Of a stretch of DNA of 55,603 nt, positions 28,493-36,713 are shown piece by piece. The position numbers and the translations under genes are program-made. Positions within the stretch are counted from its first letter, which is position 1; the number at the start of each line of letters is the position of its first letter. The notes under the pieces were generated by a model. It did no database searches. It saw only the letters and a list, made by a program, of their open reading frames with translations, and had not been told where the DNA came from. Source of the stretch: a virus (lineage: Duplodnaviria > Caudoviricetes); IMG/VR virus record IMGVR_UViG_3300041991_000048, positions 1 through 55,603 of that record, one strand, 5' to 3'.

Positions 28493-29581
28493 TTATGCGC
28501 CCACCAGTTCCTCTTCATCAACAACCTCAGACGCTTTGGGCATCCGACTGAGATCATTATATTCACGAGCATTCATCTGCATCACACGACCGCCAAGCAC
28601 TTCCAGATCCATTGCGCGATCATAGTTGCTTGCGGAGTTTGCCAGAACAGTCACCGCATTGGCCAGGCCCCAACGACTGTAGTCCTTGGACTCAGCCAGC
28701 GCAATCAGCGCAGACTCAGACTCCGGTTTGTTCATGCCATAGCGTGCTGCCAGCGACTCAACGACAAGCGTGGGCTCAGCAGGAAGTGCTTGGTCTGCGA
28801 CATCACGAAGACTGTTCAAGGTTTTCTCGAACATCTCAGGGCTGGCCATAGCCTCAAGATACTCAGCGAGCTCAGCGATCATGGCACGAGTCTTCAGCAT
28901 TTGCGTAGCGCTGCTGAGCGCAATCCAGCCATCCTCAGCATTGAGATAGCTGCCGCCAATATGGGCACGACGACGCTGCTGATCAGCAACCACCATGCCG
29001 TTGGTGCACACGAGACGATAGAGCAAGGGCGAAACGCTCAAGGCTCCCTTGCCAATTTCAGAATTGCGGATCGAGACGCCATAGCGAACTACGTCGCCTT
29101 TGCGAATCTCACCTTCAATGCGAATGGTTGCTTGGATGTTCATGTAATCGTCGCTGACATTCGCAGACTCGATTTTGGCACCGAGGCGATCCAAGACAGG
29201 ATACATTCCGTCAAAGACCAGCTCATTGTCAATGCGACGGTAGCTGTCAGACATGATCGCACGCGCATTGCCATCAAGCGTGCGCACCATGCGCCTGCCT
29301 TCGGCCTTTTGAAGCATGGTATTGAAATTGTGAACCAGCAGATCAGGGAATTGCGTTTCCAGTCGTGAGGCGAAGCGACGAGGGATTCCGAGGAACCCAG
29401 TCATCTGCGCATTCGCATGGGATGTCATTGCCAGGTCATGGGTGCCAGCATTCAACCGGATTTGGCCAAACTCATTCCGGCTGAAATTGATGTCCTTGGC
29501 TGGCACGACCAGGTCCTGCTTGCCACTTGCGTGAGACATGATCGTGGTGACCAAGTCACTGGGTGTCATTCCGCTAATCAT
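28493..29581 (-). CDS. DUF932/DUF945-like protein
   Basis: RA..SD.YRRIDN, NSE.G.GAL.V, RLVCTNGM, R..H.G, W.LANAVT motifs. Confidence 0.8.
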   Translation of the reverse strand: MISGMTPSDLVTTIMSHASGKQDLVVPAKDINFSRNEFGQIRLNAGTHDLAMTSHANAQMTGFLGIPRRFASRLETQFPDLLVHNFNTMLQKAEGRRMVRTLDGNARAIMSDSYRRIDNELVFDGMYPVLDRLGAKIESANVSDDYMNIQATIRIEGEIRKGDVVRYGVSIRNSEIGKGALSVSPLLYRLVCTNGMVVADQQRRRAHIGGSYLNAEDGWIALSSATQMLKTRAMIAELAEYLEAMASPEMFEKTLNSLRDVADQALPAEPTLVVESLAARYGMNKPESESALIALAESKDYSRWGLANAVTVLANSASNYDRAMDLEVLGGRVMQMNAREYNDLSRMPKASEVVDEEELVGA

Positions 29582-29632
29582 AGCGGTCTCCTTTTGTGGG
29601 TGGGCGCACACGCGCCACTGGTTGAAGAAAGG

Positions 29633-29845
29633 CTATAGTCCTTTTCGCTTCATCATTTTGTTCATGCTCTCATACAGGCCAGCAAGGTAGTCTCGCTGCT
29701 CAGTGATGAGCTGCTGGATGCTGTCACGATCATCAGGAGTCGTTTCCTTCTGATCCTCAAGATCACAAAGCTGATCTTCTGCTTGCTGAATCTTTTTGCG
29801 CAGTGCAGTGCAAGCAGGATCGTTGATTTCAATTGCTTCATTCAT
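29633..29845 (-). CDS. Small coiled-coil hypothetical protein
   Basis: AAGGAG RBS; tightly packed in operon. Confidence 0.6.
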   Translation of the reverse strand: MNEAIEINDPACTALRKKIQQAEDQLCDLEDQKETTPDDRDSIQQLITEQRDYLAGLYESMNKMMKRKGL

Positions 29846-29846
29846 G

Positions 29847-30143
29847 TCAGGCTCCTTTCTGATCAACAAGAAGAAATGTGAAGCCACTCATATAGATCCA
29901 TCGCTTGTCAACGCGACGATTAAGCTCTTGTGCCAATTCATCCAGCGTCCAGCCCCAGCTGATTGCAATCTGCTCGCGTCGTTCACCCAAAGCACGATAC
30001 ATTGGCACCGCACACTCAAGAGGCGCATGGAAGCAATCAATATCCTCTTCAATCGCCATTTCTTCTCCACGAGTAGCCCACAGAGCAGAGCACACGCCGC
30101 TGAGGTCGCGCAATTTTCCTTCAAGGTTGGTTGTGAGTTTCAT
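29847..30143 (-). CDS. Hypothetical protein
   Basis: AAGGAG RBS before MKLTTNLE. Confidence 0.6.
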   Translation of the reverse strand: MKLTTNLEGKLRDLSGVCSALWATRGEEMAIEEDIDCFHAPLECAVPMYRALGERREQIAISWGWTLDELAQELNRRVDKRWIYMSGFTFLLVDQKGA

Positions 30144-30144
30144 G

Positions 30145-31053
30145 TCATGCTCCTTTGTTGGTTGTGAGTTTGTCTTCAAGACTGATGTCGTTTCCTGCCT
30201 GCTGGCCAAGGCGATAGGCTTCAGGGTCACGACGCGAAGCCTCTCGTTCTTTCTGCTTGTGGTATTTGTTCCACCAGCGTTCATTTTCTTTCTTCTGCTT
30301 TTTGATCTCCTCAGGAGACTTCTCCTTGGCGTGCTCTTGGGCTCTGCGAGCTTCATCCTCTGCCTGTCGCTGCTTTGCCTTTGCGTAGGAGCCTTCGCCA
30401 CACACAGCATCAAAGTTGAGCTCGTATTCGCTTTGCTCAAATGTGCGCAGCATGAAGCCTGTTGACTTTGCTTGGCCTTCTACTTTCGTTTCATCCTGTC
30501 GCATGCGATAGGCTTTGTCGCGAATGCGCTCAATCAGCCTTGCTGCGCAGCCTTCCTTCCAACTAATGCCAGAGCGAGAGTTTCGCTGCGGACCTTGGTA
30601 GGGTGATAGACTTTCAATCACATCCACGAGCCAGCCATACATAAATTTGACAGCCAGCACATTGGACTCCTTGCCGAGGATGACATGACGCTTGACCTTG
30701 TGACGATAGCTGCGCCCATTGCTGACACGCTCTTCAGCTTCAAGATCCTCAAGCGTCCAGTAGAAACAGAAGCTGGCCTCAGCCATTGCGTGGCAAAGAT
30801 TCCTCTGCCACTTATACATGGCGCTGTGATCGATTTTAGTCTGCTCTCGTTTTTCTTTTGGCTGAGCAGCTCCACCATCGATCGCAGCAGACTCAATGAT
30901 GGCCATGTCGAGATTGTATTTGGCAAGCAGCTCTTGCGCACGACTCATTGCCAGGGCTGCTTCATTTTCATTCGTCGCACGCTTGCCCAGGTTGAGCAGT
31001 GCTTGGATCTTGCGAATGATGTCTTGGCTTGGTTGAGCTTCACTCACAGCCAC
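30145..31053 (-). CDS. DUF2786-domain protein
   Basis: KI..LL.L......EA..A...AQ.LL.KYNL N-terminal motif; C-terminal AY..G...G. Confidence 0.8.
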   Translation of the reverse strand: MAVSEAQPSQDIIRKIQALLNLGKRATNENEAALAMSRAQELLAKYNLDMAIIESAAIDGGAAQPKEKREQTKIDHSAMYKWQRNLCHAMAEASFCFYWTLEDLEAEERVSNGRSYRHKVKRHVILGKESNVLAVKFMYGWLVDVIESLSPYQGPQRNSRSGISWKEGCAARLIERIRDKAYRMRQDETKVEGQAKSTGFMLRTFEQSEYELNFDAVCGEGSYAKAKQRQAEDEARRAQEHAKEKSPEEIKKQKKENERWWNKYHKQKEREASRRDPEAYRLGQQAGNDISLEDKLTTNKGA

Positions 31054-31262
31054 TCTCCTTTATTTCGCGCTCTCACTGCATGAATAGAGTCTTGAACTTC
31101 AGGCAGCATTTCAAATGTAGACGAGCATTGAACTGAAATGACATCTTTGCTTTGAAGTAAAATTTTGGTCGTCTGAGCAACCAGGCTTTCATCGACCCCC
31201 ATCCAACTGACTCGTGTCCTGCCATTGGCACCAACGACCACCGTTCTGATTGCGACCAACAT
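31044..31262 (-). CDS. Hypothetical early protein
   Basis: GGAGG RBS before MLVAIRTVVVG. Confidence 0.55.
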   Translation of the reverse strand: MLVAIRTVVVGANGRTRVSWMGVDESLVAQTTKILLQSKDVISVQCSSTFEMLPEVQDSIHAVRARNKGEWL

Positions 31263-31263
31263 C

Positions 31264-31467
31264 TCAGTCCTCCTTCTTCCAAGTTTCCTCACCAGTGTCT
31301 TCATTGAGGTCATATGAATATGTTTCACAGACGCCATTCTCATCAAACGTTGAAAATCCCATGCAGTCTTCGTCCGCAGTCGCATGAGCTTTCGCCTCAT
31401 CAAGATCTTTGACGTCTGCCTCTTCGAGCAGTCGGCCATAGCCAGAGAACAATTTGATGCTTATCAT
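31264..31467 (-). CDS. Small acidic hypothetical early protein
   Basis: AAGGAGG RBS before MISIKLFSG; strongly D/E-rich. Confidence 0.6.
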   Translation of the reverse strand: MISIKLFSGYGRLLEEADVKDLDEAKAHATADEDCMGFSTFDENGVCETYSYDLNEDTGEETWKKED

Positions 31468-31468
31468 C

Positions 31469-31777
31469 TCAGCCCTCCTTCTTGAAATAGATGATGTAGA
31501 TTCGCTTTTCCGTTTCAAGAGCAATGTGTCTGCTGCTTTCATCAATTCCATGATCATTGTTTGCCAGAGCAAGATTGATCAGCTTCATGATGCGTTTCAC
31601 CTGGACATCATTGATGTCCTCTTTGCTCAGATCAGTGCCCGTAGATGTTTTGAACCACTTTGGGTCGGTCGTTGACGGATAACGGTGCGTTCCAGCACCC
31701 CCACAGCAGCAAGCTCTGGCTCTGCCACTGTAAACGCTTGAGATTTCTTCCAAGGCCACTGCGATGCGACGCTTCAT
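31469..31777 (-). CDS. Hypothetical early protein directly downstream of hammerhead 1
   Basis: TAAAGGAG RBS; VYSG...CCCG motif. Confidence 0.7.
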   Translation of the reverse strand: MKRRIAVALEEISSVYSGRARACCCGGAGTHRYPSTTDPKWFKTSTGTDLSKEDINDVQVKRIMKLINLALANNDHGIDESSRHIALETEKRIYIIYFKKEG

Positions 31778-31804
31778 TTCCCTGCTCCTTTACGTGAGCG
31801 ATCT

Positions 31805-31868
31805 GGCTCATCAGCGGCAGGAGATCATTCCAGCCGGACGAGCGCCACCTGCTCGCGCTCGTTTCGCC
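31805..31868 (-). ncRNA. Type II hammerhead ribozyme (HHR1)
   Basis: - strand: GGC GAAAC GAGCGC-loop-GCGCUC GUC^ CGGC.GGA-AUGAUC-UCC.GCCG CUGAUGA GCC; all core nucleotides present; predicted cut between 31837 and 31836. Confidence 0.92.
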
Positions 31869-32038
31869 TATTGAAGATGATGAACGATATCAGTTGGGCA
31901 CTCAATCAAGTGCTGTTCGGTGGTGAGTATCACAAGGCTGCTTTCCTTGACCTCATAAACCCAACCCCAGACTTTCTTACCAGCACCAGCATAACGATCA
32001 GGCACCACCGTTTGGATCATGTCGCTTTCTTTGAACAT
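31868..32038 (-). CDS. 56-aa hypothetical protein whose stop codon abuts HHR1 (not in ORF track)
   Basis: MFKESDMIQTVVPDRYAGAGKKVWGWVYEVKESSLVILTTEQHLIECPTDIVHHLQ; coupled to the upstream stop (TGACATG). Confidence 0.6.
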   Translation of the reverse strand: MFKESDMIQTVVPDRYAGAGKKVWGWVYEVKESSLVILTTEQHLIECPTDIVHHLQ

Positions 32039-32039
32039 G

Positions 32040-32594
32040 TCAGTCAGCGAACGTCAACTCAGCGTCGCCACCGTTGGACTCTTGAATGTGAATTGAGTTG
32101 AAGTAGTCATCAAACGCTTCTTCAACTATGTCTGCCGCAGTCCAGCGCTCTTGAATCATTTCCGTTTCAATGATGACGTAAGGAGTTTGATACTTGGCGC
32201 TCATTCCAAATTTTAGATTGATGCGCTCATTCCTCGGAACGACCATTCTTTCTTTGATCAGCTTGATTGCGCTCTCAGCAGCCTTTGTGTAAACTTTGCG
32301 ATTGAACTTTCGCGACTCAAGGTAGGAGTCAAAACAGAACGTCACATTTTCAACTTCAGTTTCATCCATGATCTTCTTGGCAGCTTCAAGCTTCAGCATG
32401 ATCTCTTCAGGATTAATCAGCACCACGCTGTTTTCTGATTGAGAGTCAGTCAGCTTGACAGCCAAAGCATTTTTGTAGTCTGGGCCAAGGGAGACAACTT
32501 CCCACGAAACAGAATCAAAATCGTAGAAGCCACCAATCACATACGTTTTGTTCATGGGGCTGTCGATGTTGATGGTAGTGATTTTGTTGCTCAT
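32040..32594 (-). CDS. Hypothetical early protein directly downstream of hammerhead 2
   Basis: TAAAGGAG RBS; 184 aa, visibly AT-richer than flanking genes. Confidence 0.7.
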   Translation of the reverse strand: MSNKITTINIDSPMNKTYVIGGFYDFDSVSWEVVSLGPDYKNALAVKLTDSQSENSVVLINPEEIMLKLEAAKKIMDETEVENVTFCFDSYLESRKFNRKVYTKAAESAIKLIKERMVVPRNERINLKFGMSAKYQTPYVIIETEMIQERWTAADIVEEAFDDYFNSIHIQESNGGDAELTFAD

Positions 32595-32621
32595 TTCATT
32601 TCTCCTTTACTTGAGCGACCT

Positions 32622-32688
32622 GGCTCATCAGCAGGATGGAGTCATTCATCCTGGACTGCCCCACAACCTTCGTGGGGACAGTTTCGCC
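32622..32688 (-). ncRNA. Type II hammerhead ribozyme (HHR2)
   Basis: - strand: GGC GAAAC UG.CCCCAC-loop-GUGGGG CA GUC^ CAGGAUG-AAUGACUC-CAUCCUG CUGAUGA GCC; predicted cut between 32654 and 32653. Confidence 0.92.
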
Positions 32689-33056
32689 TTCAGCAGAGGT
32701 TGATCGAGCGTCACAGGCTTCCTGCGTTGGGCTCCAACTCAGAGTCTCATCCTTTTGGTCTCGCAGCAAGCATCACAGTGCTTGATCTCTGCTCCACCAA
32801 CATTCCGTTCCACTGGTTGTTTGATCACCTCCCACTATCAGTCGTCGCCGCCACTAAGTCGACAACTGGAAAACTCACTCGCACACCAGACCACCACGAG
32901 GAGCGTTTCAACTTTTCAAATCACAAGCTCATCATCAGGCTGCTTCATTTCGCACGGAGTGGAAAACTCACACCACCAGCTCAACTTATCACCAGACTTC
33001 CACCAGCTTGCTTCGGGCCACCGACCCCAGGTTCCGTCAGCCTCAACTTTCGGACC
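32689..33056 (-). ncRNA. Putative long structured non-coding leader RNA
   Basis: No - strand ORF in the track; several hairpins and short repeated motifs between the promoter candidate and HHR2. Confidence 0.45.
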
Positions 33057-33060
33057 TGAC

Positions 33061-33093
33061 TTATTATCGCGCCAGTTTCACCAGTTTGGCAGA
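33061..33093 (-). promoter_or_regulatory. Candidate early promoter (-10 GATAAT)
   Basis: CTGCCA-N18-GATAAT with AT-rich upstream region; GCGATAATAA is repeated at 44058-44067. Confidence 0.5.
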
Positions 33094-33228
33094 AAAAATG
33101 ACAATTTAAGTATCAGTAAATAGGCCACTTATATCACAAAAATAAATTTCTGCCATATTGTTTCAGCCCCAGGCCTTTTGCGTAAGTATTGATAATAAAG
33201 GAGCTATAGTCGCACATATTGGGCTTTA

Positions 33229-33261
33229 GGGCCCAGGGTCCAATTTCTGGTCCCTAGGCCC
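33229..33261 (-). terminator. GC-rich hairpin after the dnaE stop
   Basis: GGGCCTAGGGACCA/TGGACCCTGGGCCC stem; no clear U tract. Confidence 0.4.
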
Positions 33262-33293
33262 GAGCTTAGCGCTGGCTCGTGATAGCGAGCAGC

Positions 33294-36167
33294 CTAGCCC
33301 TGCGCAATCTCGGCTGGATCATCAGGCTTCTTCGCATACATTGGGTTGGCGCCGATCCCGCTCAACTTTCTCCAGTTGGTAATTCTCACCTGACGGAAGC
33401 CGGATTTGACTCTGCCTTTGAAAATGAACCAGTCGTTCATGCGACCCTCTTCAATCAATGGCAGGCCCAGCTTCAAGTAGTCGTGTCGGTCCACCATGCA
33501 AGGAATCTGGTCGGTGTCATCCTCTGCGGTGAACAGCACCATGAGTGCCTGGCCTCTGATGATTGAACCATTGCGTTTCTTCACATGGGTTGGGTCGTTG
33601 AGGTCTCGCAGATCCTTCTCTGTGATCTTGGCAATGAAGCAGCAGTCAACTTCATAGTCCTCACACTGGATGTGCTCAACATTCTTCATCCTGGACTTGA
33701 TGGCATACTTCTCTGGGTTGGCCTTGAGATGGCCCCACAGCTCTTCACACTCAAACAAATGGTCGAAGGGAGTGAGTCCATTGGCCAGCTTGTTTGTCTG
33801 AGAAGCAGTCAGCTCTGCGCCATGAGAACGACGCTTGATGATGTCATCTGCCATCTTATCACCGACACCCTTGATGTTGGTGAGGCCTCCGATGAGCACG
33901 CCATCTTGAACAGACCAGTGCTTCTGAGACAGCATGGCATCATATGCTCGGAACTCATAACCCTCCTTGACGAGCTCACGCAGAAGCCTGATGCTCTGTG
34001 TTTCGTCGCGAGCATTGCGCAAGCAGGCTGCACCAAACTCAAGAGGGAATTTCGCCTTCAAGAGCATGCACCAGTAGCTCACCATGGCATAGGCGACTGC
34101 GTGGCTGCGATTGAAACTCCATGAGCCCATCGTGTTGATCTGATTCCAGACGCGCAGCGCATCATCCTCTTCGATGCCTTGCTCGATGGCACCCACGCGG
34201 AAGCGAACCCAATACTGATCGAAGAACTCCTTGCCCAAGCTCTTGGACATAGCCTTGCGCAGAGAGCTGACGTCCTCCCAACTCAGCTTGCCCATCTCAC
34301 GAGCAATCTGCATCACCTGTTCCTGATACACAACCACGCCATAGGTGACTTCTGTGGTGTGAGCGATCATTGGGTGAAGTGGGACCGTTGGATTCTCACC
34401 AGTTCTGCGGCGAATGTATTCTGTCGTGCCACCAGAGTGAAGAGGACCAGGACGAGCCAGAGCTGTCACCGCAGCAATGTCTTCAAAATTCTCGATGAAC
34501 ATCTGACTGATGAGCGACTGAAGCGCATGACCTTCAAACTGGAAGATGCCAGCAAACTTCTTGTCGTTGAGCACCTTGAAGGCAAGCACATCATCAGTTG
34601 GGTAGGCCATGAGCTGCTCTCGCGACCAACCAACTTGATCCAAGCAGTCCTGAAGCACAGACAATGTTCGCAGGCCCAGCGCATCGATCTTCAGCAAATT
34701 TAGCTTCTCAGCATCGTGCTTGTCGATCATGACAGCACCAGTCTGTTCATTGATGGAGCAGAAGTTATGCAGCGGATCAGACGTCACCACGATCCCGGCT
34801 GCATGTTGGCCGAAGCCGGAGGCGTGGCCTTCGATGTCGCCTGCGAGGATCATCTGCGGGAACTTCTTGATGACGTTCTGTCCGACCTCCAATTCATTGA
34901 AGGTGTCAAGGATGCAGAAGCCTGCACGAGAGTCGCCTGTGCTGCGCTCAATGATACTGTTCTTCAGATTGGTGACTTCCCAGATGGGAACGCTCAGTGC
35001 TTTGGCGATTGTGTCGATGGCGCTCTTGGCCTTGTATCGCATGACGGTGCCCAGTCGTGCTACCTGTGGCGCACCATACTTCTGCTTGAGATACTCAAAC
35101 ACCATGTCGCGCCTATCATCAGGGAAGTCGATGTCGATATCAGGAAGGTCGGCACGATTGATGTCGATGAAGCGTTCAAACAGAAGGCCATAGGGGATGG
35201 GATCGATCTCTGTGATGCTCAGAAGATAGCACACGAGAGATCCGCAGGATGAACCACGCGCAGGACCGACCAGCATCTCAGTCTTTGCGTAGCGAACAAG
35301 ATCCCACACCAGATAGAAGTAGTCCTCAAATTTCTTCTCTGCGATCATGTCAAGCTCACGCGTGAGACGATCAGCATACACCTTGTCCTTGAGGTTGACA
35401 TTGCGAGCAGGAGCAAACTCCTCACAGAGTGTGCGTAGAGAAGGAAGCTTGGGATCAGACTTCACCATTGATGCCCGAGGCAGCTCAGCATTGCACATCT
35501 CTGCGATGGCAGTTGTGTTCTTGAGTGCGTCTTCATTTCCTGGCCAGATGATCCTCCACTCATCATCGCTGAGCATGTGCATCGGCGACACACTCATCAT
35601 CTTGTCTCTGCCAGCAACAGCCTCATACACGTCCTTGTCCTGAACACGAGGATAGCGAGGATCAGACACTGCGACAGTTTTCATTCCTCTCGTGCGAGCA
35701 AACTCTGCTGCCTTGATTGGCGACATAGGCCCAAGCTCAACATAGAGGTTGTCACGCTTGGGCAAACTGCCCCACACAGGGTGGGCTCCTGATAGTATGA
35801 TGATCTCATCGCTGACATCAAACAGAAACGCATAGTCGAGTCGTGGAACATAGTAGTGATGCTCTGGTCGAGTGCTGATGCTGATGATCTCATACAGCTC
35901 TTTGAGTCCAGCATTGCTCTTGGCAAGGAAGGCCATCATGTTGATGCCTTGCTTGGTCTTGGACTTCATATCATTGACGACTGCCAGCTCAACGCCAAAG
36001 ATCGGTTTGCGCTTCAGCTTCCTGCAAGCATCATTCCACTCCACGTGACCAAAGGTGTTGGCAGTATCAGTGATGGCAGCAGGACCATTGGTGACTGCTA
36101 GCACCTTGTCGATTGATCCGAATACCTGCCTGAATGAATACTCAGTGCGACAACGAAGCTGAAACAT
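33294..36167 (-). CDS. dnaE: DNA polymerase III alpha subunit (C-family)
   Basis: GP.RGS..GSLV.Y.L.IT.IDP, LFERF, PDIDIDF, HAAG, K.D.LGL, GIFQF, FN.SHA..Y motifs. Confidence 0.95.
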   Translation of the reverse strand: MFQLRCRTEYSFRQVFGSIDKVLAVTNGPAAITDTANTFGHVEWNDACRKLKRKPIFGVELAVVNDMKSKTKQGINMMAFLAKSNAGLKELYEIISISTRPEHHYYVPRLDYAFLFDVSDEIIILSGAHPVWGSLPKRDNLYVELGPMSPIKAAEFARTRGMKTVAVSDPRYPRVQDKDVYEAVAGRDKMMSVSPMHMLSDDEWRIIWPGNEDALKNTTAIAEMCNAELPRASMVKSDPKLPSLRTLCEEFAPARNVNLKDKVYADRLTRELDMIAEKKFEDYFYLVWDLVRYAKTEMLVGPARGSSCGSLVCYLLSITEIDPIPYGLLFERFIDINRADLPDIDIDFPDDRRDMVFEYLKQKYGAPQVARLGTVMRYKAKSAIDTIAKALSVPIWEVTNLKNSIIERSTGDSRAGFCILDTFNELEVGQNVIKKFPQMILAGDIEGHASGFGQHAAGIVVTSDPLHNFCSINEQTGAVMIDKHDAEKLNLLKIDALGLRTLSVLQDCLDQVGWSREQLMAYPTDDVLAFKVLNDKKFAGIFQFEGHALQSLISQMFIENFEDIAAVTALARPGPLHSGGTTEYIRRRTGENPTVPLHPMIAHTTEVTYGVVVYQEQVMQIAREMGKLSWEDVSSLRKAMSKSLGKEFFDQYWVRFRVGAIEQGIEEDDALRVWNQINTMGSWSFNRSHAVAYAMVSYWCMLLKAKFPLEFGAACLRNARDETQSIRLLRELVKEGYEFRAYDAMLSQKHWSVQDGVLIGGLTNIKGVGDKMADDIIKRRSHGAELTASQTNKLANGLTPFDHLFECEELWGHLKANPEKYAIKSRMKNVEHIQCEDYEVDCCFIAKITEKDLRDLNDPTHVKKRNGSIIRGQALMVLFTAEDDTDQIPCMVDRHDYLKLGLPLIEEGRMNDWFIFKGRVKSGFRQVRITNWRKLSGIGANPMYAKKPDDPAEIAQG

Positions 36168-36176
36168 TTTTGCTCC

Positions 36177-36713
36177 TCACATCATGTTGTTATTTTTCAG
36201 CCAACGCACACAACGCACGAGAGCTTCAGTGTCAGCCATGGCTCGGTGAGCATCCTTGAACCTCTCACCACAGCAGTGCTCATGAAGGTCGGACAGATGC
36301 ATGCGCTTGTTGTTGAGATTGAAGCTGGCCTCCACGGTGCAGATCTGGCGCACAGGCCAAGGGAAGGCACACTCCTTGCCAATGCGCATCAACTCGAACC
36401 TGAGCAGCGACTTGTCGAAGTCAAGATTGTGTGCGACCAGAGTTGTCTCGCCAAGAAAGAAACTGGCGAGATCAAGAAAGCGAGCTGCGAAGGTTGGTTC
36501 GTCCTTCAGCATGTCATCTGTGATGTGAGTAATGTCGGTGATGATCTGTTCAAGAGGCTGCTGAGGATTGCACAGGAATTCTATGCGCTCCATTTCCGCA
36601 AGATCAAAATCATCTAGCTTGATGGCGGCGAACTCGATGATCTTTGGTTGCTGATCGAGTGCGACGATGCCTGGCAGTGGCAGACCTGTCGTCTCTGTGT
36701 CAAAGATTATCAT
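36177..36713 (-). CDS. dnaQ: DEDDh 3'-5' exonuclease (Pol III epsilon-like)
   Basis: FDTETTG, AHN..FD, HRA..D motifs; adjacent to dnaE. Confidence 0.9.
   Translation of the reverse strand: MIIFDTETTGLPLPGIVALDQQPKIIEFAAIKLDDFDLAEMERIEFLCNPQQPLEQIITDITHITDDMLKDEPTFAARFLDLASFFLGETTLVAHNLDFDKSLLRFELMRIGKECAFPWPVRQICTVEASFNLNNKRMHLSDLHEHCCGERFKDAHRAMADTEALVRCVRWLKNNNMM

Noticed and set aside
32591-32599. ATG-AAA-TGA minigene overlapping the start of the 184-aa ORF
   Set aside because: Not present at the HHR1 cassette; probably incidental to an A-rich spacer.
31790-32690. CRISPR-like or attachment-site interpretation of the two repeated segments
   Set aside because: Only two copies, 817 bp apart, with conservation confined to hammerhead core and RBS; no cas or integrase gene seen.
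32895-32955. Possible third hammerhead (CUGAUGA at 32932-32938 with GAAA on both sides, - strand)
   Set aside because: Stems I-III cannot be formed with correct spacing and there is no properly placed NUH site; at most a decayed relic.
32973-33008. Two E. coli Chi octamers (GCTGGTGG, - strand) close together
   Set aside because: Host is unknown and the same octamer occurs repeatedly as Ala-Gly-Gly codons elsewhere; kept only as part of the CUGGUG repeats.
32630-33040. CsrA/RsmA sponge idea from multiple GGA motifs in the leader
   Set aside because: GGA count is not clearly above chance and few sit in hairpin loops.
33294-36167. Intein or intron in dnaE, helicases or thyX
   Set aside because: Motif spacing is continuous and no splicing motifs or interruptions were seen.
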